Of a stretch of 64,000 nt of DNA, positions 26,020 to 37,506 are shown piece after piece (position 1 is the first letter of the stretch; each line of letters opens with the position of its first letter). Origin of the DNA: Octopus sinensis. Its lineage: Eukaryota. The stretch lies in assembly GCF_006345805.1 (NCBI RefSeq), contig NC_042999.1, positions 170,438,001-170,502,000 on the forward strand. The letters run 5' to 3'. The translations under genes were made by a program, and so were the position numbers. A model generated the notes under the pieces. It saw only the letters and a program-made list of their open reading frames with translations. It did no database searches and was not told where the DNA came from.

Positions 26020-26915
26020 ATGTGTGTATTATGTGGTCGGTTGAGCTGAAAATATGCACACCTATGTTAAAAGTGCTGACGAGTTTGCATGGCAACTATT
26101 TTTTTCCTCAAATGAAAGGCGTGACCTCTAGGACAAAATTCCTCATCTTATAAAATGTGGCTCGAGTAGACCCGAATGAGATCGGGTTATATTAACCAAA
26201 ATGTGAAAAGGGGTCTAAATGGGGTGGAAGGGGATTAAAATTTACAGGAGCGGGTGTTTAGGAATTCTCTGTTACATCAAGCTAAAAAATTTGCGCCAGC
26301 CTTTAAATCGTCAATGTGTTGCCGTCCATGATGAAGACGTTTTGAATTCTTGCCATGGTGAGTCTACTGTCGTGAGAAAGAATCACTTCAAAACTTGGTG
26401 TTTACGAATTTTCTTTTACATCAAGTTCAAAATTTTACGCCAGCCGTTAAACTGCCACTACGTTGCTGTCCGTCGTTAAGAAATGCCAGCCATGGTGACT
26501 CTACTATCTTCAGATTCTATCCCTTCAAACTTTGGTTTCAATATTTTCTTTATTTTTATTCAACTCGCAAGTTCGTCTGTCCTTTTTAAATGTTAGTATT
26601 TTGCTGTCTGCCTTGAAGCAGACCTTTCCGTTGTCACTGCCTGATATTTATGATTGATCTTTCAAAATAATTTCTTTCTCAACTTACTCAAGATATTTTG
26701 CTGTTTATAAATGGGAGAGAGATAGATAGAGAAAGATAGAGAGTAAGAGAAAGCGAGGGAGCGTCCGAGAGAAATGAAGAGTAAGAGAGTGGGAAAGTGA
26801 GAGAGAAAGGAGAGAGAAATAAGGAGGGAGAATGTGGTGATAAAAAACAGAAAGGAGGCAACAGAAAGTAACAACCACACCCTTACCCGCGCGTAGAGCG
26901 GGTCACCTTAGGCTA

Positions 26916-26916
<1 letters not shown>
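26020..26916 (+). mobile_element. Helitron-like non-autonomous element with 3' terminus
   Basis: Hairpin ACCCGC-gcgtaga-GCGGGT (26885-26903) lies 9 nt before CTAG|T (26913-26916). Internal tandem units of about 135 bp at about 26275-26540. Confidence 0.6.
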
Positions 26917-26969
<53 letters not shown>

Positions 26970-26984
26970 TTAGCACCTACTTAA

Positions 26985-27112
26985 AGGGTTTTAGTCAAAG
27001 AAATTGACCCCCGGTCTTATTCTTTGTAAGCCTGGTACTTTTTCTATCGGTTGTCAATCAGTGATAGTGGGACAAACACAGACACAATGATATACACATA
27101 CAGGTGTATATG

Positions 27113-27208
<96 letters not shown>

Positions 27209-27385
27209 ATTATGTATGTATATATATGTATATATATGTATATGTATATGTATATATATACATATATACGATAGGCTTCTTTTAGTTTCCGTCAACCAAA
27301 TCAACACACAGGGCTTTGGTGGGCCCGAGGCTATAGTAGAAGAATCTTGCCCAAGGTGCCACGCAGTGGGACTGAGCCTGGAAGC
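26985..27385 (-). mobile_element. SINE family A, degenerate copy
   Basis: Matches 25571-25988 (cccgaggctatagtagaaga...cccaaggtgccacgcagtgggactgagcc). Confidence 0.8.
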
Positions 27386-28298
27386 ATGTATGCATGTATG
27401 TATGTATGTGTGTGCGTGTATGTGCATGCATATATATGTATGCATATGCGTGCGTTCGCGCGTGCGTGTGTCATTGTGCAGTGAATATAATCGATGCGTT
27501 GAACAGAAATGCTTCGCGGCATTAAATTCCGATCAAGTCATCCCCATTTACGTCAAGGATGATTTGTCTTTCGTCTTTTACGGAGTCGATAAATTAAGAA
27601 CCAAGAAAGACCATTACTGACGTTCGACTCCATCCTCTGAAATCAGTGCCCCAGAAAGGTCACAACCTCATGGCAGGAACCAGTAAAAGAATAAACGAAT
27701 AACCGTAGATTGCAGCAGAAATATCAACAGGCTTGCTACTTAGAGAGATCAATAAATTCAATAAAAGAAAGTAGTGGGTAATTTTAAGTTTTAGGTGTCC
27801 GTCACCTTCATTCGAAAGTAAGGAAAAGGAAGAAAGTGCCCTTTTTATTTATTTACCCATAATCAAAAAGGCAACGCCATTCTTTCTTCGTTACTCGCCT
27901 GGGAATCAAAGGGAATCTTCTGTCTTTTACCTTGAAGGGTTTTAGTCGAAATAAATCGACTCCAGTTTGGTGCTTATTTTGTTGCTTTCTTTTGTGGAAC
28001 CACTAACTTTTCGAGAAAGTTCCACAATATTAGATTCTTCATTCTTCACAGTAATTGAACTTGTAAAGCTCTTCTAGAACTCTTCTATAAACTAAATGTT
28101 GCTAGCACAAATCATCGGCAATTTATTCTGATTCCGATGCACAAGATACATCTCGTAGATGAACTGGGACGCACTGCTAGTGACGTGACCTGGGATCAGC
28201 CGACGTTTCGAGCCTTTAAGCATCCTCACGCAGGCGACCCAGCTGATGTTGATCAGACCTTGATCAACAGTGGCTAAGGATCAGTCTTCTTAATCTTG

Positions 28299-28680
28299 TC
28301 AGCTGGCGGCGTTCTCTACTGCTTCATTCGAGGATTGGACGGCTTTCGTCTTTTCAAGAACTGTACAGGGTAAGCAGCTTATAAAGCCTCTGCATCTCAT
28401 CTCTATATGTTCGTAGTGAGTCTTCCAGCATCTACTCTGGCATTTTTCCAACAGTTCCTGGTACTTCATGCTGTCTCCTAACATTTAGATTTTTCAATAC
28501 CCTCTTCCCAATGATTTATAATTTCTAACATAAGTTGTTTCTCCTCCTCAAAGGTGGTTATCATGTTTGGCCAGGGTGATGTTGGTCCTTTGTTCTGAGG
28601 AAACTTTAACTGCCTGGCCAAGTTGACAGGTAGCTGCCACTCAGAATAATCAACGCTTCGAATAGTCATCACTGACTCTA
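28299..28680 (-). pseudogene. RLE-type non-LTR retrotransposon C-terminal fragment, Hero-like
   Basis: WQLPVNLARQLKFP..TS.WPNM...EEKQLMLEI..HWEE followed by KYQELLEKCQSRCWKTHYEHIEMRCRGF matches the PD..ELTVPWE..KY.EL..GW...PIEVGCRGF endonuclease pattern. Confidence 0.75.
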
Positions 28681-30625
28681 TACTGCCGCTGGTAAAAACG
28701 CGCTAGAGTTCAGCTTTTGGTTTTTGATTTTTTTTTTTTACTATATTACATCCTATAAACATATCCTACACAGTGACACATCTAATGAGTCTTTTTTATG
28801 CACTTTAAAATACGTGTGTATAGAATCTACCCATTCCAGATATATAACTAATGTTCCTTGGGGATATGTGCTTCTATGTTAGGCAAGAATAGCAGCTGTT
28901 CAGAATTGAAGAGATTTTGTTAAAGTTGATGGCGATGTGTATTTCGTTGGTTTACGATGTTAGATTCAAGTTTCGTGCGTCGGCTGAAGTCCTCTCCAGT
29001 GAAATAAAAGTCTTAATTATCCCCAGACACACATCTATGCATACAGACACAGTACATAGTCACGTCAACCAACCTGTTTGAAATAGCAATCAAATCTTTC
29101 TCAAATCCCAAAAAAGAGGTACAATGAACACTGTTGTTGACTATTGTAGGGAAAAAAGGACAGAATGTTCGGAGTTGAAATGCTTTTGGTCATAAGTTTG
29201 CTGGATCGGGGCTGAGCTGGAGCTTAATGATAACAGCCATGTAAATTACTTTTAACTTTCTTCAAAATTCGTTGGGTTTTCCCTTGGCGTGAATGGATTG
29301 GTGAGGCTGTAACATGAACCCTCTTTTCTTGGTCCCTTTCAGATAGCTGAATCAAAGAGGGAGAGGAAGAGTGAGAAAGAGAGGCTGAAAGAAAAAAGAG
29401 AAACAGGCAAAGAGGAGAATTCGTTGAATGATGCTATTAGATGCAACCATGAACTCTTTTACTCAAAAATTGGCTGCTTTCTGTTATTATTATATCAGAT
29501 TTCTGTAAATTTAATCGAATTTGCGTTGAAACATTTTTATTACGAAATACCATTTATAAAATAGGAAAATATAATCTCTTTCAAGATCTAAAAAAAGAGA
29601 TTAGTTCAAATATGTTTTGCGGTCTTCATCATCATCATCATCATCATCATCATCGTCGTCGTCGTCGTCGTCGTCATCATCATCATCATCATCATCATTA
29701 TTATTATTATTATCATTATTATTATTATTATTCATTTCCGAAATGTATTCTTTGAATTACATCATGAAAAGTGTATTTCGACGGGCGTTTAACATTTGTT
29801 TCAATCAAGTGAGAGAATGAAAGCGGGTAGGTGGGGGTGGGGGGGGCTCACTAAAAGATTTATTCGAAATTTAAGTATATTAGAATTTAATATTTAAAAG
29901 AAAATTGTGTCCATAGACGTTGATATTTCCTATATTTTAGTTCATATCTTTCTTAATCAGATTACATAAGATATTTTTTTTAAAATTGTATTATTAATTG
30001 TGTGTCGCAATTGGAAAATCTATGGGATGTCGGTCTATATCAACTGAAAATCAAACTTATCCGGTAACTGGTACCATATTGTTTATGTCATTTAACCTTT
30101 ATAACTAGGTACCACGCTCGTACAGTTGGTAAACTTGACAGATATTTGAACAATCATCCAAAAGATTGATCGTTCCAGTCTTGTTACTGGTAGCATGTTG
30201 CGTCTACAGCCCAAGAACATTATTAGCACTGAAAGCCATCTTAGCTCTAAATATATTGCATAGATAGGGCGAATGGTTTACTTGTGTAGGAAGCGAAGAT
30301 AGAATTGTAGATCGTTGGATTGCAATTCCGAGCCTCAAACTTTCCTGTCAGAAAACTGCATAGAACAGTTGAGCAACTTACAAAATGTAAGGTTTAGCAT
30401 GCTTTACTTAGCTACACTTTATTTTTATTCTTTACTAGGCTTTAATCATTGGACTGTGGCCATGCTGGGACACTTGTCATCGGAGCTTTAGTTGATGATA
30501 TCGACTCCACTATTAATTTCAGCCTCGTACTTTATCCACCTAAATTTGATGGACCTACTAGGAACGAGATATGAAGAGACACAACATAAACAACACCGGT
30601 TTTTTAACATAGGCACAAACACAAA

Positions 30626-30661
<36 letters not shown>

Positions 30662-30689
30662 TTCTCTCTCTATCTCTTTCTCTCTTTCT

Positions 30690-30723
<34 letters not shown>

Positions 30724-30854
30724 AACACAGTGAGCTATTCACGCGTAACGGAAATGTCGAGTTTTTGATCATCTTATCGTAACGCGAAATTTTCGGAACG
30801 GGAAACATTTTAAATTTTATTTCTATGTTTATGGGAGTAAGTGGGGAGTAAGTC

Positions 30855-31440
30855 AATTACATCGACGCCAGTACTTGAATGGTGCTCATTTTATCAATGA
30901 TGAAAGGCAAAGTCGACCATACCGGAATTTGAACTCAGAACGTAAAAAACCGGAGGAAATGCCGCTAAGCATTTCGCCCGGCGTGCAAACGATTCTGCCA
31001 GCTCCTCGCCGTCATAGTTTTGCAGTTATATTGCAATAGAGTACAAGGCGGCGAGGAGCTGGCAGAAATGTTAGCACGCTGGGCGAAATGCTTAGCGGTA
31101 TTTCGTCTGCCGTTACGTTCTGAGTTCAAATTCTGCCGAAGGACGACTTTGCCTTTCATCCTTTCGGGGTCGATAAATTAAGTACCAGTAACGCACTGGG
31201 GTCGATGTAATCGACTTAATCCGTTTGTCTGTCCTTGTTTGTCCCCTCTATGTTTAGCCCTTTGTGGGCAATAAAGAAATAGGTATTTCGTCTGTCTTTA
31301 CGTTCTGAGTTCAAATTCCGCCGAGGTTGACTTTGCCTTTTATCCTTTCGGGGTCGATAAATTAAATACCAGTTGCGTAGTGGGGTCGATCTAATCGACT
31401 GGTTCCGCCTCCACCAAAAATTTCGGACCTTGTGCCAAGA
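30855..31440. mobile_element. Head-to-head pair of family B SINEs (minus about 30855-31011; plus 31047 to about 31440)
   Basis: Divergent heads separated by about 35 bp; the plus copy is a dimer. Confidence 0.85.
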
Positions 31441-31599
31441 ATAGAAAAGAATATTGCGAAAGTGTTGAATGATGGAAAGTGGTGCAATGAGAATTACTGG
31501 AAGAAAGAATGGCAACATCTTCTGTAAATCATCATCATCATCATCATCATTATCTTCTTTTTCTTCTTCTTTTTCTTTTTCTTTTTATGTCTGCATGAA

Positions 31600-32150
31600 A
31601 AGTGAAGAATTTATCCAAAGTTCTTTGACGAACCATCATTTCTTCGTATAAGCTCTTCAGAGGAATTAACTTTATTATGAACGCGTCTCGTAATTTTGAT
31701 CATATATTCACGATTAGGATTGTTATGGTCAAAAATTTACAGTCATTCCTCAATGAGTGCCAACTCATTAGCATATTGTCTGCAACTGAAGTAATGTGGG
31801 CGGAGCTTCTATATCGTATTTTTGCACTGTAGCACGTTCTTGTTTTATCATCATCAATTCCTCTGTCGACAAACTTTCTGTATGGAATTTCACCAGCTCG
31901 AGCACTTTTTCTCCAAACCTACATCATTTGCTGGCGTCACAATATATTGCTGAACTTGATGTGGACTTACCATTGGTAGAAAATTTGTGAAGCTGAGGAC
32001 ACAGTGTTGCCATGTTTTCTCAAACGCCATTCATAGCTGAAGGATTCATTCCAGTGATTTCGGCTATATATCATCTGTGGTATCCGAAATGTTCAATGTT
32101 TTCCCGTTGTCTCGCCGTCAATTTCACTGTGTAAAACGATTTTTGATAGC
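31600..32150 (-). pseudogene. pogo/Tigger-like transposase C-terminal remnant
   Basis: Frameshifted translation LNISD...MNGV*ENMATLCP and ELVKFHTESLSTEELMMI...IFDHNNPNRE resembles the Tigger C-terminus. Confidence 0.55.
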
Positions 32151-32618
32151 AACTGTTATTCCCTATTTGCTTACCCTTAGAAAGCACAAAAAATGGCTAA
32201 TACCTCCTTCAAAATTTGCTTTTGTTGCATTTATTCAAACCCCCAAAGAATCCCTCTCAACACACGGCTATGATGCTCCCCCGCTACTCCTGCTCATGAC
32301 CAGAGATGTACATACTGTCAGCCACTAAGTGACATATTCAAGTGGTTTAAGGTCAAGCAACTGACAAACAAATCTTTGGTATTGAGCAGAACATTTGCTA
32401 TAACGATATTTCTGCTTCAGCAACTCAGCGCTGAATCTGAGTGAAATGTAATGGGAAATAGGTCAGTTTTAAAAAACCTTGATGTTCAGGTCAGAAAAAC
32501 AAAGTTTGAAGAGGATTGTAGTGATTTCCTTTGATTTGTAGATAGAAGCACAACAGGAAATAACACTTGCTGACCAAAGACAAACAAACAAATAAAAATT
32601 TTGTTGCACAGTGGAATT

Positions 32619-33046
32619 TACTCTTTTACTCTCTTTTACTTGTTTCAGCCATTTGACTGTGGCCATGCTGGAGCACCGCCTTTAGTCGAACAAATCGACC
32701 CCAGGACTTATTCTTTGTAAGCCTATTACTTATTCTATCGGTCTCTTTTGCCGAACCGCTAAGTTACGGGGACGTAAACACACCAGCATCGGTTGTTAAG
32801 CGATGTTGGGGAGACAAACAGACACACAAACACACACACACACACACACACCACACACACACACATACACACACATACATACATATATATATATATGTAT
32901 TTATACGACGGGCTTCTTTCAGTTTCCGTCTACCAAATCCACTCACAAGGCTTTGGTCACCCCGATGCTATAGTAGAGGACATTTGTCCAAGGTGCGACG
33001 CAATGGGATTGAACCCAGAACTATGTGGTTCGTAGGCAAGCTACTT
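32619..33046 (-). mobile_element. SINE family A body, interrupted in its head; continues at 36805-36837
   Basis: Same family as 25571-25988 up to GCAAGCTACTT. The remaining head accacacagccactcctgcgcc is found at 36816-36837. Confidence 0.93.
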
Positions 33047-34702
33047 TTTATTTCATAAAATTTGTCATATAGACAGTACAAAGATTGTGCAGCTTTGCGG
33101 GCTGGACAAACACATTAATGAATGAAATTGAAATAGAATGAATAAATGAGAGACGAAACCCAACACCCACCGATTGGATTTTCTCGAAAACATATTTTGG
33201 ATTTTTGCTGAGTGAATTGTTTTCCTTTTTCCGTCTACCCTTCCAGGTTTCATCCTGTGTAATCAGTCTTTTGAAAAATTTTGACCCTTCCCGAAGTTGT
33301 GCCACCCACAGTGGAAGAATCCACTGTGGGTGGCACAACTTCGGGATATGAAGACGGCACATCGTCTCCCCGCTGAGATGACCCGTTCTTCTTCCTTCTT
33401 TTTTTCTTTTCTTCCTGATTTCGGGAGAGTGGAGCTCTTCCGCTTTGTCCGGAGACTTTCCCCCGCCTCCCGAAGCCTTAGGCTCCTTCGGCGGACAACT
33501 ATTGTTGCCCGCCTTCTTTCTTTTTAATCCTTTTTAAGTTGAGGAGGCTGAAGCCTCCTCGACCACATCCACCTCTCCCTTTGACCGGGTAGGGGAGGTG
33601 GCATCTAGTGATTGTTCCAGGCCCTTACCATGGTCCTGGGGGCAGTTCCTTTTAATTTGGCCTGGCTGCAGGCACGAGTGACACTTGGGGGGACGTCCCT
33701 CAAGTATCACCGGATACCTGCAGCCAGCCAGTTTCAAGAAATCTGGAAAAACCAGATCTGTTGCGGCTGATGGGGTCCACAGGGTCAAAATCGCTTTTGA
33801 CACTTCCCAATCGACCGCCGGCAATACCCTTACATTTAAGAGCCTGGGCCCGCCATCCCCCAGTCCCCGTCGGATGGTATCTTCAATCCAATCCGCTTCG
33901 GTGCCTGGGGGTAACCCACATACCCAGGCTCATATTAATTTTCTTCCACAATATTACGGAAGGAACAGAATTTCCTTGCCTTCTAAAGGCTGACTCGCAA
34001 ACTGGCGAGCCTTTTCCCCGTTGTCAAACAGCAACCATACGGTTGCATGTTTGACACCACGGGACATATATATTTTAAAGAGGACAAATATTCTTTAAGT
34101 TCATTTTTTATGACTTGTTTTGGGAAGACGGTGATGGAAATAAAGAACTTTAGAATAAGTTCTAAGTACCATCGTCTTCTCCTCCATATCTTTTAACCAC
34201 TGCTTAGGCGGGTTAATTTCCCACTCTAAGACAGAGTTTTTCTTTTTAAGTTCCTTCTCTGCCATGTCAAAAAACAGTTCAAAAGATAGTCTGCCAAAAA
34301 ATTAAACCGAATAAAGAATAAAACAAAATAAAAGTGGAGGGGAGGAAAGTGAAATTAAAGTAATGAAAAGAATAAACCAAAATTTAGAAAGAAAGAAAAA
34401 ATAGAAGGGAAAAGTAAAAGAAAAACCTCACAAATATCACAGACAGGGAATCCTTTGTATAATACTCCAAAAAGGTAATCCAAATGGCTTATTCGGAAAA
34501 ATTGTACTTTTTCTGGCGAGACACACCCACTAGAATTTACAAAAAGAATTTTCAAGCAAAAATTCTCAATTCACCATTACGGTGATGAGAATTGGCAATT
34601 TTTCTTTTTGTTCTTTTTTTCTATTCACGGAGCCGAAACTCACATCTTCTCACTGTAACAGTCCAAACCAACTAGTGTTGCATTCTGGGTAACCGGAAGT
34701 TA
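33047..34702 (-). mobile_element. ORF1-bearing retro-insertion A (rearranged 3' part)
   Basis: The minus-strand 5' end begins acttccgg next to the target motif. ORF1 from ATG 34265 is paralogous to copy C. The 3' end ATGAAATAAA abuts the target. Confidence 0.8.
33346..34265 (-). pseudogene. L1/Tx1-type ORF1 (gag-like, zinc knuckle), copy A, with stops and truncated
   Basis: MAEKELKKK..KQWLKDMEEKTMVLRTYS..ATVWLLF..GLPPGTEADWIEDTI..VILEGRPPKCHSCLQPGQIKRNCP (knuckle His changed to Gln). Confidence 0.85.
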
Positions 34703-34713
34703 GCAAGCTACTT

Positions 34714-34928
34714 TATTTCATAAAATTTGTCATATAGACAGTACAAAGATTGTGCAGCTTTGCAGGGCTGGACAAACACATTAATGGATGAAAATGAAAT
34801 AGAATGAATAAATGAGAGATGAAACCCAACACCCGCCGATTGGATTTTCTCGAAAACATATTTTCTTTTTTTAAAAATCAATATGAGGTTTCAAACCTCT
34901 TGCAAGAAGGAGGCACTAAAACCTCTTA
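34714..34928 (-). mobile_element. Short 5'-truncated retro-insertion B (3' end only)
   Basis: About 150 bp nearly identical to 33047-33198 (about 5 differences by eye). Bounded by GCAAGCTACTT (34703-34713) and CAAGCTACTT (34929-34938). Confidence 0.8.
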
Positions 34929-34938
34929 CAAGCTACTT

Positions 34939-36804
34939 TATTTCATTTAATTTGCACAAGGGCAGCACATAGATTTACAACAATTCTCCATGTCAGGTCC
35001 TTCAAGCAATGTGACTTGCCACCTGCAGACAACTCTGCAGCGACAAGTCGGGGCCTGCAAAGAGGAAAGCAAATTCTTTCTTGTCAAAGGTCGCTGTGAC
35101 CTTTGACAAAATATTTTCCATTACTACCTCCGCAGCCACTTGCGGAGGCCATATCGGACTACCAGGGTAGACCGAATACACACGTTCTCGGTCACCCAAG
35201 CCGTCCAAAGATTTATTCACCGTCCCTCCCTCGTGGTAAAGGAGAAACACCTCCTCTTCACAGGAAGGGATCTCACACTGCTCCGTCAGTGGCACACTTC
35301 CCAGGAACATCCGCTGACCGTCCTCTGCTCCTCTTTTTCCTCTTTCTTTCTGAGGCTGAGGGAGCAGGGGGCTGCGTCGACAGACGCGGGGGGTCGCTAC
35401 CCTCCTCCGCGCCTGAACATTCTTTGGTGAGCAACCATTGTTACTCACCTTTCTTTTTCTTTTCGTGGAGGCAACTTCTTCCACGACTTCCACCGTCTCC
35501 CCCTCCAATGAGGGGGCGGCGGGCAGCTTCTCTTTCTCATGCTCCAAGGCCTTGCCACGGCCCTTGGTACAGTTTTTCCTGATATGGCCGGGCTCCAGGC
35601 ACAGGTGACACTTGGGGGGGCGTCCCTCAAGTATCACTGGGTACCTGTACCCGGCCATATTTGGGAAGTCTGGAAATGCCATATCTCTCACGGCCACCGG
35701 GGTCCACAGGGTCAAAGTTGCCTTTGACCCCCTCCCAGTCGACCGCAGGAACAACATCCACACTCAATAGTCTGGGCCCGCTATCCCCCAGGCCTCGCCA
35801 GATGGTATCTTCGATCCATCCCGCCTCCGTGCCCGGGGGCAGCCCGCAGATCCAGGCTCTTCTTATCTTCCTCCCACAATACGTGGGGAGGAACAAAATT
35901 TCTTCCCCCTCAAGGGGCTCGCTGGCAAATTTGCCAGCTTCCTCGGGGGTACCAAACAGCAACCAGACCGTTGCAAATTTGGTGCCCCGTGAAATAAATT
36001 TTATAGTTGGCAAGTAGTCTGCCAACTCTCTCTCTCTCTCTCTCTCTATTATGCTCTTGTCGAAGAGGGTGATGGCACCACGCGACCTAGAATAGGTCCG
36101 TAGCACCACCGTCCTCTTCTCAAGATCTTTAATCCACTGTTTGGATGGGACCACCTCTCACTCCAAAGCAGCGACACCGTTTATTTTTGCCATGTGCAAA
36201 AAAGAAAGTCTTGAAAGTTCAAAGAAAGTTCAAAGGTCACAGAATAAGTCCAAAACTGGTACACAAAAGTTAACAGAAACAGTAAAAAATATAATAAAGA
36301 AAGTCCAAAAAATAATTAAACAGTTAAAAAAAAACAGGAAGGGTAGACGGAAAAAGGAAAACAATTCACTCAGCAAAAATCCAATTTCCTGGCCCACAGG
36401 TATTCCCGGTCAATCGTTTCTTCCCGTAAATGATAAAAGAACTCCAATAAATCCAAACACAAAACTGGCGACAGCGAACGGTAACTGCAACAGCAACTGT
36501 AACAGGTTCTAATCATTCGGCCGAGGACACGCCCCTCCACTGTTTTTTTAAAATGAATCCAAGAAATTCACAATAAATTCACAAAACAGCAGCCGCCGAG
36601 AGCAGGCGAAATTGTCCCAGCAATGGGCGAAATTTGTTAACAAAAAATTACAATATAACAAATTACACCCAGCTCAGATAAAACAAAATCACTTGCCTCG
36701 ACAACCTTCTCTGTTTTTGTTCTTTTTTCTTTTTAGGACGGATCTCAAAGCTCACGTCCTCACTGTTCACTGGCAAGAAGTCGACTTGATGCGCATGTGC
36801 GGAA
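34939..36804 (-). mobile_element. Complete ORF1-only (HAL1-like) non-autonomous retroelement, copy C
   Basis: About 610 nt 5'UTR, a single ORF1, about 60 nt 3'UTR ending in ATGAAATAAA, target motif on both sides, and no ORF2. Confidence 0.85.
35002..36193 (-). pseudogene. L1/Tx1-type ORF1 with CCHC zinc knuckle, copy C
   Basis: ATG at 36193 (MAKINGVAALE*EVVPSKQW), one TGA, one +1 frameshift in a G run at about 35730, an in-frame (GA)n expansion (ERERERE), CHLCLEPGHIRKNC, then a basic region and a C-terminal extension to the stop at 35002. Confidence 0.88.
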
Positions 36805-37189
36805 GCAAGCTACTTACCACACAGCCACTCCTGCGCCTATTATCTTTATGAATTATTTCAAAGTTCTCAAATGAATCGATTTGAAGTTCGCTATCCGACG
36901 TTGATAACTGCTTTTAACTTGGACATAAGGTTAGAAATTTCAAGGAGAAAGTTTAGTCGTTTATATTAGCCCTAGGGTGAGAGTGGTATTTTATTTTATC
37001 GTTCCCGGAGTGATGGAAAGGAAAACAGACTTCAGCGGGAACGGAACTCAAAACGTAAAGGACGGGCACAAACGAGGCTCGGTCGACGTTCTAATGGTTC
37101 TGCCAATCTAATGGCTCTGTCTGACAACAAAAGCTTAATAATGGTTTCAGATTTTTGCACAAGGCCATCAATTTCTGGGGAGATGGTCA

Positions 37190-37354
37190 GTCGATTACAC
37201 AGATCCAAACACTCAACTTATTTTATCGACCCCGAAAAAAATGAAAGATAAAGTCGACCTCGGCGGAACTTGAACTCAGAACATAAAGTAAAGACGGGCG
37301 AAATGCTGCTAAAAATTTTGCCCGGTGTCCTAACGGTTCTGCCAATTTGCCGCC
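37190..37354 (-). mobile_element. SINE family B, degenerate copy
   Basis: aaagtcgacctcggcggaacttgaactcagaac...gccaatttgccgcc. Confidence 0.8.
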
Positions 37355-37506
37355 TTAAACAACAAGGATATAATAAAAACATACACAGGCGCTGACACGC
37401 CTGTGTGGTTAAGAAGAGTGCTTTACAATTGGTTCCGGGTTCGAATCCAGTGCACCGCATCTTAGGAAAGTGTCATCTATCACAAATTCATGCTGAACAA
37501 TACTTA

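Noticed and set aside
7262-36804. Idea that the ORF2 element at 7.3-10.9 kb is the trans partner of the ORF1-only elements
   Set aside because: The apparent targets differ ((AGAT)n versus AAGTAGCTTGC) and I see no shared 3' end sequence.
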